The translations under genes and the position numbers were made by a program. 64,000 nucleotides of DNA from Microcoleus sp. (GTDB lineage Bacteria > Cyanobacteriota > Cyanobacteriia > Cyanobacteriales > Microcoleaceae). Every line of letters begins with the position of its first letter. Position 1 is the stretch's first letter. This document shows, one piece after another, positions 51,319-62,675 of the stretch. The DNA lies in the NCBI GenBank assembly GCA_052279835.1, contig CP181291.1, positions 96,001 through 160,000 on the forward strand, read 5' to 3'. The notes under the pieces were generated by a model. It made no database searches, was not told the origin of the DNA, and was given only the letters and a program-made list of their open reading frames with translations.

Positions 51319-51629
51319 TTTCTTTTACCCCTGAGCCCTTGAAACCTAAAAAACGCTTTAACTTTTGCTGCATTATAGTATCAAATGGCAACTTTGGCGG
51401 TCAATAATTGTGTTGTTTTGCGATCGACCTGCGGTGGCGATGTGGACACACTCCGTGGAGACCCTCAAAATCGGGTTTTTAAGTCGCACTCTCTGTCCAA
51501 GCTGGGTTTAGTCTCATAAATTTGTTACTTTTGTCGATCGGTCGATCGCAAAAACCCTAGAATTGACAAACCGATGTGCGATCGTTCTATAAAACTACTA
51601 ATCCCCGACATCAAAACCGGAGATTAACC

Positions 51630-51734
51630 CTCTTCCTTCTTCCTGAATTTCCCCCCTTGGGGGGGGCTGGGGGGGGTGACTTCTTCCTTCTTCCTTCTTC
51701 CTTCTTCCTTCTTCCTTCTTCCTTCTTCCTTCCT
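51630..51734. repeat. (TTCCTTC)n tract with an embedded G-rich hairpin repeat (inverted sibling of 3961-4020)
   Basis: Read directly; it explains the spurious N-terminal extension of the cysA ORF. Confidence 0.8.
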
Positions 51735-52751
51735 ATGGGCATAGTTGTCGAAAACGTATCAAAACACTTTGGCAGTTTCCAAGCACTCGATAGAGTCAGC
51801 TTAGAAATTGAATCCGGTTCCCTAGTCGCATTGCTCGGCCCCTCTGGTTCAGGGAAGTCTACCCTGCTGCGACTGATTGCCGGCCTAGAAATGCCCGACT
51901 CCGGCAAAATCTGGCTCACAGGCCAAGATGCCACAAATACCAGCGTCCAAGACCGCAAAATAGGGTTTGTGTTTCAGCACTACGCCCTATTCAAACACAT
52001 GACAGTGCGGAAAAATATCGCTTTTGGGCTCGAAATTCAGAAAGCAGCACCTGCAAAAGTCAAATCGCGGGTAGAGGAATTGTTGAATTTGGTGCAGTTG
52101 GGAGGATTGGGCGATAGATACCCGTCGCAACTCTCAGGTGGCCAGCGACAGCGGGTAGCCCTAGCTAGAGCTTTGGCCGTGGAACCAAAAGTGCTACTGT
52201 TGGACGAACCTTTTGGAGCACTGGATGCCAAAGTTCGGAAAGACTTGCGTGCTTGGTTGCGACGATTGCACGATGAGGTTCACGTTACCACAGTCTTTGT
52301 TACCCACGACCAAGAAGAAGCGATGGAAGTTGCCGATCGAATTACTGTCATGAGTAAAGGTAAAATCGAACAAGTAGGAACACCCGCAGAAATTTACGAC
52401 CATCCAGCCAGTGCTTTTGTGATGAGTTTTATCGGGCCTGTGAATGTATTGCCCAGCAGTTCCAGGATGTTTCAAGACAACGGCTTTGACTCAGCCAACC
52501 CGGAGATGTTCTTGCGCCCTCACGACGTGGTAATTGAAACCACAGAAAACAGTGCCACAGTACCAGCCAGAATCAGTCGCTTGATTCATTTAGGGTGGGA
52601 AATTCAGGTAGAATTAACTTTAGATGACGGTCAAGTAGTCAATGCTAATTTGACTAGAGAAAGGTTTGACATTTTACAGTTGCAGCCACAACAAAGAGTT
52701 TTTGTTAAACCGAAAGATGCTAAATCTTTTCCGCTTTTTTATTCAATTTAA
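51735..52751 (+). CDS. cysA: Sulfate/thiosulfate ABC transporter ATP-binding protein
   Basis: [57 protein letters not shown]-terminal TOBE-like region. ATG at 51735. Confidence 0.92.
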   Translation: MGIVVENVSKHFGSFQALDRVSLEIESGSLVALLGPSGSGKSTLLRLIAGLEMPDSGKIWLTGQDATNTSVQDRKIGFVFQHYALFKHMTVRKNIAFGLEIQKAAPAKVKSRVEELLNLVQLGGLGDRYPSQLSGGQRQRVALARALAVEPKVLLLDEPFGALDAKVRKDLRAWLRRLHDEVHVTTVFVTHDQEEAMEVADRITVMSKGKIEQVGTPAEIYDHPASAFVMSFIGPVNVLPSSSRMFQDNGFDSANPEMFLRPHDVVIETTENSATVPARISRLIHLGWEIQVELTLDDGQVVNANLTRERFDILQLQPQQRVFVKPKDAKSFPLFYSI

Positions 52752-52901
52752 TCCCCATACCGATTTGGGATTTGGGATAGAAAATTTTGGATGAAACGAA
52801 GAGCAAGTCGCCGAATTTATCATAGACAAATCCCCGACTTGTTTAATAAGCCAGGGATTTAATAGTAATTTGAGACTAACAATTGAAAACTGACAAACAA
52901 A

Positions 52902-53243
52902 TTAGTCTTTGATCTTGCTAACAGCCTTTTTGACTTGTTGCTCAAAAGATGTAGCACTGGTGTTGCCAGGATTCAGCATCTTTTCGCTGTCCGCATCTCC
53001 CTGAACTTCATTAATCCCTTCGTTGGCTTTTTTCTGAGTTTCTTGCAGAGACATCGGGTCTTTCAAAACTGCTTTTTGAGCTTCTTTCTCAATGCCTAAA
53101 AGTTGATCAGTAGCTTCTGTAGGTTTGCTAGTAACTGCAAAGGCGGGAAAAACGTTAGAAACAAACAGCAATGTACAAAAACAAATGGCTACAAAACTGC
53201 GAACTAAACCCTTGACAGATAGATTAAAATTCATAAAAGACAT
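52902..53243 (-). CDS. Small exported/lumenal cyanobacterial protein (resembles the low-temperature-induced protein family)
   Basis: Signal peptide ending PAFA, then PMSLQETQKKANEGINEVQGDAD.EKM. Confidence 0.6.
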   Translation of the reverse strand: MSFMNFNLSVKGLVRSFVAICFCTLLFVSNVFPAFAVTSKPTEATDQLLGIEKEAQKAVLKDPMSLQETQKKANEGINEVQGDADSEKMLNPGNTSATSFEQQVKKAVSKIKD

Positions 53244-53608
53244 ACCAACAAGTTTCCTTTTCTAGATTTTTTTTCGCTGCGACAATTGTTAACAGGTTGA
53301 TGATTACTCAAACCCTGGACAATATTAAGTTGAATTTTGAGATAAGCAATAGCCTTGAGCAGTTGCCGTCTTTCAAATTGAACTAATATATATTTAACTA
53401 AACCAACAGGCGCTTGAAATCCTTCTCAGGGAATATTTTGAAAAAAGCACAAGGAATAGGGAAGAGGGAACAAGAAACAGGGACAATACAGTGATGGGGA
53501 CACACGCAGAGGATGAATTTATCTCAATTCCGGTTGCAGCGTCAGGTGATAGTTGTGAGACTATCCCCATCTCCCCATCTCCCCATCTCCCTTCTGCTTA
53601 AATTCACG

Positions 53609-54376
53609 TTACTGCCGCACGGGAATTTGGCATTCTGCTAGATAAGTTTTAATTTGTCCCACGTTGAGTTGGCCGTAATGCAGCAGCGAAGCTAGCAGGG
53701 CTGCTTCGGCTTTACCTTCTGTCACTGCTTGGTAGATGTGGTGGCAGTTGCCGGCACCACCGGAAGCAATGACCGGAATTTCGACAGTTTCAGCGATACT
53801 TCTGGTTAAATCCAAGTCGTAGCCAGCTTGAGTGCCGTCAGAGTCCATACTTGTCACCAGCAATTCGCCCGCGCCACGTTTTTCGGCTTCCTTTGCCCAG
53901 GCGACGGCATCTTTGCCCGTATTTTCTCGCCCTCCGCGCACGTACACATCCCAACCGGGATTATCTGCGTCTTGTCGTTGGCGCGCGTCGATCGCCACTA
54001 CAATACACTGATTGCCAAATCGATCGCTCGCTTTGTCGATTAAACTTGGATCGCGCACCGCCGCTGAATTAATACTCACCTTATCGGCACCAGCCCTCAA
54101 TAAACTTTTAATTGTATCCAAGGATTGGATACCACCACCCACTGTCAAAGGGATAAAAACTCGATCGGCAGTCCGGTACACTACATCAATAATAATGTCG
54201 CGGTCTTCATGAGTCGCAGTAATATCTAGAAACACCAACTCGTCCGCACCAGCATCATTGTAAACCTGTGCCATTTCTACCGGATCGCCAGCATCTTTAA
54301 GGTTGACAAAATTGACACCTTTGACGACGCGGCCAGCTTTTACATCCAGACAGGGCAAAATTCTTTTCGACAACAT
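53609..54376 (-). CDS. hisF: Imidazole glycerol phosphate synthase subunit HisF
   Basis: [55 protein letters not shown]. Confidence 0.97.
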   Translation of the reverse strand: MLSKRILPCLDVKAGRVVKGVNFVNLKDAGDPVEMAQVYNDAGADELVFLDITATHEDRDIIIDVVYRTADRVFIPLTVGGGIQSLDTIKSLLRAGADKVSINSAAVRDPSLIDKASDRFGNQCIVVAIDARQRQDADNPGWDVYVRGGRENTGKDAVAWAKEAEKRGAGELLVTSMDSDGTQAGYDLDLTRSIAETVEIPVIASGGAGNCHHIYQAVTEGKAEAALLASLLHYGQLNVGQIKTYLAECQIPVRQ

Positions 54377-54641
54377 AAAATTATTTGGTTTCTATTTGAA
54401 CAAGGGTTGCTGCATGGGCGTAACTTTTGGCAGCAACAATAGATAAGCTCGCTTGTGGGTGCCCTAGAATTCGGTCATACTAAGTCAGTCCGGTGCATCG
54501 TAAATCGACTAAACAATCTAAAATTTTAGAATAGGGGATTTGAGTTTTTTTAGCCAAACTATCAATTATAAAACTCCCGGTCAATCTAAAATTGCAAGTG
54601 TAGAACTTTAAATCGGTCGAATTGATGTCGTTTCTAAGACT

Positions 54642-55625
54642 GTGGTGACTTTGCAAACGAACCCACATATGGTACTTCGCACAGAAGGTGGCAATCGCTA
54701 CTTGCCCCTGGCTGGCAGCAATTGCTGGACAGTAGGGCGGAGTGATGACAATAATTTTGTGTTAGTCGATCGCTGGATTTCCCGGAATCATGCGATGTTA
54801 CAGCAAATGGAAACCGGAGAATTTTACCTGATCGACTTGGGAAGCCGCAATGGTTCTTTTGTCAACGGGCGGCGGGTAAGTATTCCGGTGACACTCAAAA
54901 ATGGCGATCGGCTGATGTTTGGTCAAACCGAATTAGACTTCTATGACCCAACCGCTAGTCGCCAACTCACTCAGACACACGACACAGACTCCGATGATTT
55001 TACAGCAACTTTAACAGTCCGCAGCCTGATTAGTGTCATGGTAATGGATATCCGAGACTTCACGGTGCTGACTCGGCAGCTAGACGAAACTATCCTCTCG
55101 GAAGTGATTGGCAGTTGGTTCCGTTCTTCAGGGGGACACATCATTCGCAAACACGGTAGTTGGGTAGACAAATACATCGGCGATGCGATCATGGCAGTGT
55201 GGTTCCACAAAACCGATGGTGTGAGTAATGAAGAAATGATGCTAATTTGTCAAGCTTTGAGCCAACTGCACAAGGCAACGGACGAACTGAGCACTCGTTA
55301 CCCCCTACCTTTTCCTTTGCGAGTCGGTGTGGGAATTAACACTGGTTATGCGATGGTAGGAAATTCTGGTAGCAGCGATCGATCGGACTACACAGCCTTG
55401 GGAGATACTGTCAATGCTGCGTTTCGCTTGGAATCTTGCACGAAGGAACTGGGTAAGGACATCGCCGTAGGACAAACTACCTACAAATACCTGCGGGAAT
55501 TGGGGGCAGAGAGCGCTTTCGATCGCCACGTCGTGGATTTGAAAGGTTACGACACTCCGACAGTGACTTACGGGAGTACCTATAGAGACTTGGACACTTT
55601 TTTGAAATCCATGGGCAAGAGTTAG
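54642..55625 (+). CDS. FHA-domain class III adenylate cyclase
   Basis: FHA GR..SRNHA..DLGSRNG; cyclase MDIRDFT, DKYIGDAIMA, YTALGDTVNAAFRLES. Confidence 0.92.
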   Translation: MVTLQTNPHMVLRTEGGNRYLPLAGSNCWTVGRSDDNNFVLVDRWISRNHAMLQQMETGEFYLIDLGSRNGSFVNGRRVSIPVTLKNGDRLMFGQTELDFYDPTASRQLTQTHDTDSDDFTATLTVRSLISVMVMDIRDFTVLTRQLDETILSEVIGSWFRSSGGHIIRKHGSWVDKYIGDAIMAVWFHKTDGVSNEEMMLICQALSQLHKATDELSTRYPLPFPLRVGVGINTGYAMVGNSGSSDRSDYTALGDTVNAAFRLESCTKELGKDIAVGQTTYKYLRELGAESAFDRHVVDLKGYDTPTVTYGSTYRDLDTFLKSMGKS

Positions 55626-55732
55626 CCAAGAATTCGGACTCCGCGCCCGTGCCCGATTTCTTGCGAAAACTGCATAAGCAAAATGGTAATCTCTACATAA
55701 ATGCTGTGTATTAAATTGGGAGACATAACTTC

Positions 55733-56167
55733 ATGAAACGATTAGGTCGTCTATTGGCAATATTGGGCTTAGTGCTGGGCTGCTTCGCCTGGGCTGGGGA
55801 CCAAAGCGCGATCGCGGCTTCTTTGAGCCGTCTGGTATTGCCATCATCATCGCTGATCGCCGTGGAAGCGCCGACTAGAACCAATCGCGCCGACGAAAAG
55901 CTGGCCACAGAATTTGGCAAAAAACTGGATTTGAACAACAGCGGTGTCCGATACTTTCGGGAATATCCAGGGCTGTATCCCACTTTAGCTCGACTAATTA
56001 TTAAGAATGCTCCTTACGAAAAAGTTGAAGATGTACTCAAAATCTCCGACTTGACAGAAGCTCAGAAAAAGTTGTTGCAAGCTAACCTGGACAAATTTAC
56101 AGTTACCGATGTTGAATCAGTCTTTATTGAAGGAGACAACAGATTGAACAATGGTCTCTACGACTAA
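55733..56167 (+). CDS. psbU: Photosystem II 12-kDa extrinsic protein
   Basis: [26 protein letters not shown]-terminal RLNNGLYD. Confidence 0.95.
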   Translation: MKRLGRLLAILGLVLGCFAWAGDQSAIAASLSRLVLPSSSLIAVEAPTRTNRADEKLATEFGKKLDLNNSGVRYFREYPGLYPTLARLIIKNAPYEKVEDVLKISDLTEAQKKLLQANLDKFTVTDVESVFIEGDNRLNNGLYD

Positions 56168-56509
56168 AAAGCCACAGTCACCCGCAAGGATTTTGGATTG
56201 AACGAAACTTTGGGATACAAACCCCGTCAGTCGCAAGACGGCTGAGTCATCAAGCAGAAGTCAGAATGCCAAAAGCTGAAAAGCAAAAAATATTAAGGCT
56301 GATGACTTCTGCTTTCTACTTGATGTAGTAGTTCCCTAAAAAGCAAGTAAAAATCAGAAAAAGTAAGGAATAATATACCGTCAATAATGAGCATTATTTC
56401 TAAAAAAGCAAGCGCTAAAAATGAGATAAACATTGCTATAGTGAAGTAAGAAGCTATACAAACTTTCATCCGCGCAGGCGGACTTGAAAAGTCTAACGAA
56501 TGCGGAGTA

Positions 56510-58174
56510 ATGACTGACAAATTTGACGTATTGGTTGTAGGTGCCGGGGCGGCCGGTCTGTACACGGCACTTTGCCTGCCAGAACACTTGCAGGTGGGTT
56601 TGATTAATAAAAATACCCTGCCTGTTTCTGCTAGCGATTGGGCCCAAGGAGGGATTGCCGCGGCGATCGCCCCGGAAGATTCTGCGGCACTCCACGTTCA
56701 GGATACACTCGTAGCTGGGGCTGGCCTTTGCGACTGGGAAGCGGTGAAATTTTTAGCAGCAGAAGCGCCTGAGTGTATTGATGCTTTGGTAAAAATGGGC
56801 GTTGCATTCGATCGCACCGGGACAGATTTAGCACTCACCCTAGAAGCAGCCCACTCCCGCCGCCGCGTGCTCCACTCAGCAGACACCACCGGCAAAGCAG
56901 TGGTGAGTACCCTGACAGCACAAGTATTGAGCCGCCAAAATATTCAACTGCTTTCTCCTGCATTTGCACTCAGTCTGTGGCTAGATGACACCGGCCGCTG
57001 TCAGGGGATTAGCGCCATTTGTGGCTCTGCTGTCAAGTGGTTGCGGGCTCAGGCGGTGGTGCTAGCAACTGGGGGTGGCGGACAGGTATTTGCTCAAACC
57101 ACGAATCCGTCAGTAAGTACCGGAGACGGGGTAGCCCTTGCATGGCGCGCCGGGGCCATGCTGCGAGATTTAGAATTTGTGCAGTTTCATCCTACAGCAT
57201 TGACTAAACCGGGCGCGCCTCGGTTTCTGATTAGCGAAGCGGTGCGGGGAGAAGGGGCTCACTTGGTCGATAGTAAAGGATATCGGTTTGCTTTTGACTA
57301 TCACCCTTCGGGTGAACTCGCTCCTAGGGATGTTGTCAGTCGTGCTATTTTCCGCCACTTGCAGAAGACAGGGGAACCTCATGTTTGGCTGGATTTGCGC
57401 CCGATTGCGGTCGATCGACTGCGCTACCGGTTTCCGAATATCATTCAAGTATGTGCTGATTGGGGAATTGACCTGTTTTCCGAACCTGTACCTGTCACCC
57501 CAGCCGCCCATTATTGGATGGGAGGGATTATCGCCGATCGGTTCAACGAAACTTCGATTCCGGGTTTGTACGCTGTGGGAGAAACTGCTAGCACGGGGGT
57601 ACATGGTGCCAACCGATTGGCGAGTAATTCCCTGCTAGAATGTCTAGTCTTTGGCTCGCAAATGGCGCTGTTGAAGGTAGAAAGTATCAGCGACAAGGCT
57701 GTTGAGGATGAAGAATATTCAGAGGAAATTATCGCAAAATCGATTGATGTTTCTGACATTGAGGCGATCGAAAAGTTACGGATCGATCTGCCGAATTTAG
57801 TGTGGCAGAGTGCGGGAATTTGTCGTGGCCAAAGGGATTTGGAAAGTGCGATCGCTCAAGTGGAAATTTGGCGACAAGAATTTGCCTCTTTGTCTTTGAG
57901 TCAAACCCTTAATTATTTACGACCTGGACAAATTCTCAATTTTTCCCCGGCTGATGCAGAAAACAGCGTAGTGTTACGAAATTGGGGAGAAGTTGGCAAT
58001 TTATTGGATATTGGCTACTTAATTCTCAAAAGTGCTGCTTTCCGTACTGAAAGTAGAGGTGGTCACTACCGACTTGACTATCCCCTCAGTCACCCTGATT
58101 GGTGCAGGCACACTTTAATTCATGATTGCCATTGGTATAAATCTGGGCCTGTTTCCCAACCACAGGACAATTGA
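56510..58174 (+). CDS. nadB: L-aspartate oxidase
   Basis: VVGAGAAG, WAQGGIAA, EAAHSRRRVLH, QFHPT, LISEAVRGEG, AHYWMGG, HGANRLASNSLLE, ESRGGH. Confidence 0.96.
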   Translation: MTDKFDVLVVGAGAAGLYTALCLPEHLQVGLINKNTLPVSASDWAQGGIAAAIAPEDSAALHVQDTLVAGAGLCDWEAVKFLAAEAPECIDALVKMGVAFDRTGTDLALTLEAAHSRRRVLHSADTTGKAVVSTLTAQVLSRQNIQLLSPAFALSLWLDDTGRCQGISAICGSAVKWLRAQAVVLATGGGGQVFAQTTNPSVSTGDGVALAWRAGAMLRDLEFVQFHPTALTKPGAPRFLISEAVRGEGAHLVDSKGYRFAFDYHPSGELAPRDVVSRAIFRHLQKTGEPHVWLDLRPIAVDRLRYRFPNIIQVCADWGIDLFSEPVPVTPAAHYWMGGIIADRFNETSIPGLYAVGETASTGVHGANRLASNSLLECLVFGSQMALLKVESISDKAVEDEEYSEEIIAKSIDVSDIEAIEKLRIDLPNLVWQSAGICRGQRDLESAIAQVEIWRQEFASLSLSQTLNYLRPGQILNFSPADAENSVVLRNWGEVGNLLDIGYLILKSAAFRTESRGGHYRLDYPLSHPDWCRHTLIHDCHWYKSGPVSQPQDN

Positions 58175-58249
58175 CAGCGTTTCCGGTTGTATTGGAATGA
58201 TTTAACCGCAGAGAACACTCTTGACACAGAGGGAGAGATGGGGGTCTGT

Positions 58250-58477
58250 TTAGCGGGTGCCGGTACCGTCACTTTTCGGGTTCCCATTCGGGTCTGGTTC
58301 GTATTGTGAGTAATTTTCAAAGTTAAAGTTATTGGAAGCAGTCGAAGTCCATCGACCTGCTGTCAAGTTACCAGTCGAGTTGCTGACTTGTCCAGCAGTA
58401 AGCGCTGGTCTGTCCATATTCACTTGCAGACACGTAGCTAGCGTTGCCATGGTTGTCAGCCGAATCAAAGTACCCAT
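58250..58477 (-). CDS. Small putative secreted peptide ending YEPDPNGNPKSDGTGTR
   Basis: 75-aa ATG ORF preceded by GGGAA; weakly hydrophobic N-terminus ending PALTA; S/T/N-rich linker; Pro/Gly-rich tail ending GTGTR-stop. Confidence 0.6.
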   Translation of the reverse strand: MGTLIRLTTMATLATCLQVNMDRPALTAGQVSNSTGNLTAGRWTSTASNNFNFENYSQYEPDPNGNPKSDGTGTR

Positions 58478-58874
58478 AGTTTTTATTCCCGTTGATGCAC
58501 TTCCCTGAAAACTATTATATCTAGTAAATTACGTAAATTCACTGATGTCTTGACTTTTTTGTAAACGAACCTAGTAAAAATGCTGAAACCCTTTGAAATA
58601 AACGCTTGTTCAGTTATTTAAATTTTGTGTTGAATTGGGATTTTGGCAAATTTTAATATTACTTGAAATTAAGACTCAAAATTGTTGAATAAGTTTCACT
58701 ATCATTAAAAATACATCAGGGGGTGTTGCACCAAGGGGGTGTACTACCACCGTAGAGGGTGTCATACATCGGGTAGCATCTTGTCAGTAGGGTTGAAGAC
58801 TAAAATATTTTTTTAGACACTGCTTAACATTCAGAAATAAAACTTAAAGTGTCTTAACATAGGCGAATTCCATT

Positions 58875-58996
58875 GGGTGTATCCCGATTTTGCATAGGCG
58901 AAGCATGACCGCTGTAAATCTCTGGTTATCACTAATGAATTGTCTGCGGTGATGCTATAGCCCCTACGAATATATTTACAAAATTGAGATGCACTC
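58875..58996. mobile_element. 122-bp MITE-like element (sibling of 8291-8413)
   Basis: Ends GGGTGTATCCCGA / TTGAGATGCACTC; flanks AATTCCATT and AATTGCATT (9 bp, 1 mismatch); same internal AGCATGACCGCTGT..ATCTCTGGTTATCACTAAT..GCGGT.ATGCT core. Confidence 0.72.
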
Positions 58997-59035
58997 AATT
59001 GCATTTCTCTTCCTTCTGATGGCCGCTCGCCTACT

Positions 59036-61139
59036 TCAATCAAACTGATATTGATTTTTACCAAGTTTCTTAGCACGATACATTGCAGTATCAGCATTGT
59101 TCACCAACACATCTCGATCTTGAGTATCCACGGGATACAAACTAATACCAATACTTGTACTTACAGAAACTGTATGTTCTTCTAATATAAAAGGTTGCTG
59201 AATTGTGTCGCGTATTTTTTCAGCTACCGTTGCAGTTTCCTCGCGACCGGGAATTCCCGGTAAAATGACTGTGAACTCATCGCCACCCAATCTGCTGATA
59301 GTATCGCTGCCACGCAAGCAACGTTTGAGGCGATCGGCAACTGCTTTTAAAAGCAAATCGCCAATGTTGTGTCCGAGAGTGTCATTAATTAACTTAAATC
59401 CATCTAAATCTAAAAATAGTAAAGCTACTAATTCATTATTAATCAATGCTTTTTCTAGAGATTGATTCAAGCGTTCATAGAAAAATTTACGGTTTGGCAA
59501 ACCCGTCAGAGCATCATGATCGGCTTGGTGACTAAGTTCAGCATTTTTTTGCAGGAGTGCTTCTTCCAAGCGCTTGCGTTCAGTAATATCTCTAATAATT
59601 CCCACCAAAAATAAATTGCCGGCGGCATCTTTATGGAGTGACCTTTTAGTAGCAGTGAGATGGGTGATGCCGTGAGTATCGGTAAATTTTTCTTCGTTTT
59701 CTAGCTGTAAATTAGTGGTTAATACTAATTCGTCTTGTTCCCAAAAGATATCTGCTTCTGATTTGGGAAATAAATCATAATCGGTTTGAGAAATAAGCTG
59801 CTCCAAAGCAGCACCAATAAATCGACAATAGGCCTGATTTAAAACCACCAGTCTGTGATTTTTATCTTTGACAAATATCGGGTCGGGAATTGTATCCATT
59901 AAGGATTGTAAAAATTCTTTAGACCGTTTCAATTCTTCTTGCAAGTGAGCCAGATAACCGACAACTGCGACGCCGGAACCCAAAAGACTGAGGATTGGGG
60001 GAATTAATGGTAGCCACCAACCAGCTAAGAAAGCTAAGTATACAGTGGTAGTGAGAAAGGTGCTGATAGTCAATAGGCACCAAGCCGATCGACTAAGCGA
60101 TCGCAACTTCCAGCTCACACTTGCTCCCACCCAAGACCATAGTAAAATCCATAACCACTCCGCAGAGTCTGACCAAACATGAATACCCCCACGCCCATCA
60201 ACGGATGCACTCAAAATTTGACTCAAGAAATGAGCCTGAAGTTCAACTCCCGATATTTGCTGGGGAGATGCGAACAAGCTGTGGCTGTAAGCAGTTTGAT
60301 GAAAGTCTTTGAGGCTAGTTGCTGTTGAGCCGATCAAGACAACGCGCGATCGCACAAAATCCGCTGGTACTTTGTCAGAAAGCAGGGTCACTCAAGGACA
60401 CAGCGTGAAAACTGCCTACTCGGCCGCGCAGGGAAGCCAAAATTTGATAACCGCGGCTATCCGATCGCACATAAGCACCATCATTTTGTTGAAAAGGCTG
60501 AAACACCCCCTTACCTAACTGCAAGTATTTAGGATTAACAGAGGCTGGCTGAGGGGAAATCCCTTCGCTGTGGAGATAAAGCAAAGCCAATTTGAGTGCG
60601 AAACTCTGGCGAGTTTTGCCATCTCCAGGCCAAGCGTAAAGCAACATTCTACGCACCTTACTGTCAGCATCGATGACTACATTGTTGAAACCAACTCGAT
60701 CGAACTTGTTCAGTAGCGGAGGTGGCCGAACTCCCAAGCGCGTTTCGTCGGCCATCAACTCAATCCCAACTAAGTTAGGAATAGTTGTAAAAGTTTTGAG
60801 TAATTCGGGATTACCGGGTGGAGTTGGCAAATCTCGGTAGATATCAAGACCGATCGCCCGCGGTTTAGCAGCATTCAATTTTTGCAGCAACTGGGCCATC
60901 ACACCATCAGAAATTGGGTAGCCGTACTTTTGCAAGTCACGTTCCCCAATTTCGACAATGACGATGCGATTGTCCGCTGGTTCCGCCGGGCGCCAGCGCA
61001 TAAATTGGTCAAAAGCAGCCCATTCCCATACCTGCAAAAGTCCGCAACAGCGAACTAAGATGACCGTACTGGCGGCCACAGTTGCAGTAATTAATACCCG
61101 GCGTTCTTGGTAAAGCCATTTTTTGAGAATTGCCCGCAT
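59036..61139 (-). pseudogene. CHASE2-PAS-GGDEF diguanylate cyclase, split by a +1 frameshift at about 60385-60387 (likely sequencing error)
   Basis: CHASE2 DNRIVIVEI, PRAIGLDIYRD, VVLIGSTA, GVELQA; three TM helices; PAS; RGSD I-site and GGDEF. Removing one C gives VSLSDLLSDKVP. Confidence 0.88.
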
Positions 61140-61583
61140 AGGTTCAGGTAGAAGCTCGATCGCCCATAGCAATGACCATGGCAATTGTAGATTTGGGATT
61201 TAAAATTTAGGATTAAAAGAAGAACGAGCTCCCTGATTAATTCCAACCCGCCCACTAACTCACGGGAACAATCCAAAATCTCAATCCAAAATTGTTTGAC
61301 CCATCCTATCAAAATGTAGATGTAAACAGGGGGATTGCCCTTACCAAAAGCTAGATGTAGATGCTGTGGGTCTAGGATTAGCCGAATTGACTGCTGTTCG
61401 CTGGTGCGATATTCGGCAACTTGCTTTTGTGCGATCGAACGGATTCCTCGAATTTATTTTATTCTAGTTTATAGATGCGAGATTTGAGATTAATTTATCA
61501 GCTTGATTCCATAATTCAATCATTTAAAGCAATAAATTGTCTGCTCAAAAACTCTCAAATCTGCGCTCTTTGAATTTCCAAAT

Positions 61584-62513
61584 TTACGGTACTTTGATAA
61601 AATTGCGCGGACCGCTGTAACCAGACAATTCTGCAAGTTGTTCTAAAGATTTAGTCCCGGAATAAAACTGGCCTTTAATCTCCCAAGTAGGGAAACCTTT
61701 GACATTAGCAGCAGCAGCTTGGCAAATTTCGGCGCGAGAATTTTCTCCTTTGGGATCGCATTCGACATAATCAATTAATTTTGCTGCTTCTCTGCCGAAC
61801 AGCATTTTTTGATCGTAGCAGTGAGGACACCAGTAAGCACCGTATTCCTTAGCACCAATTTGTGTCAGATGTCGGGCTAAAGCCATTTCCGCAGGTCCCG
61901 ATGTGGTAGTGACCAGAGGAGCGGCTATACCGGGTTTAGAGACAGTCACAGGAGGTGCTTTGACGCTGTTGTAAAGTCCCAAGACAGAGATCGCACTCAC
62001 CATGGCCACCACCATGCCTGTAAACACCAGTTGACCAATATCTTCCCACTCGCGGCCGACTAAGGTCAACACAAAGAGGGAGAGGGAAAACACCGCAGAA
62101 CTGACACAATAAATGCACAGTTCCTGAATTTCAAAAGCCATCAAATACATCAAGTAACTGCTGAAAATTACCATGGCAGCAGTGATGATGAATAGCCCTT
62201 GCCATGTCCTATTTTCTAGTTGAGTGTGCAGTCCTTTATTGGTGTCAGGATTGACGGTTTTGGGAGCGTAGGCGAGGATTGCTATGCTCAGATAAGCTAA
62301 ACAACCTAACAAACTTAAAGGCACTACGCCAAAGACTGTAGCGTAGGGACTGTTGAGAACTTTGTCGCAGCCGCTGGTGGGACAAACTACTGAGCCTGTG
62401 GTGAATTTAGCGATCGTCAGATAGGCGGTTTCTAGAACACCGATAACTGCGATCGCGGCCATCACAGTCCTAGACGAGCGATGAATCCAAGGGGTTGAAC
62501 GTCGGCGAATCAT
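61584..62513 (-). CDS. Vitamin K epoxide reductase (VKOR)-thioredoxin fusion (SynDsbAB-like)
   Basis: CPTSGCDKVLNSPYA, LCIYC, Trx-like YWCPHC and GFPTW. Confidence 0.92.
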   Translation of the reverse strand: MIRRRSTPWIHRSSRTVMAAIAVIGVLETAYLTIAKFTTGSVVCPTSGCDKVLNSPYATVFGVVPLSLLGCLAYLSIAILAYAPKTVNPDTNKGLHTQLENRTWQGLFIITAAMVIFSSYLMYLMAFEIQELCIYCVSSAVFSLSLFVLTLVGREWEDIGQLVFTGMVVAMVSAISVLGLYNSVKAPPVTVSKPGIAAPLVTTTSGPAEMALARHLTQIGAKEYGAYWCPHCYDQKMLFGREAAKLIDYVECDPKGENSRAEICQAAAANVKGFPTWEIKGQFYSGTKSLEQLAELSGYSGPRNFIKVP

Positions 62514-62675
62514 TGTTCGATTTGGTAATGGATAATTGGCAATGGGGAATGGGGAATGGGGAATGGGGAATGGGGAATTGGTGCTTTTGTCACTGTGAAT
62601 TCTGAGTTTTCAGTTATTGCCCGCTACCAATTACCCATCACCGATGACCTCATTCCCTATTACCCATTGCTAATT

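Noticed and set aside
51576..51734. N-terminal extension of CysA (FFLLPSS repeats)
   Set aside because: It is translation of an intergenic TTCCTTC tract and dispersed repeat; homology starts at ATG 51735.
58250..58300. patX/patS assignment for the GTGTR peptide
   Set aside because: The motif is DGTGTR, not RG(S/T)GR, and the neighbourhood gives no support, so it is kept as an unnamed peptide.
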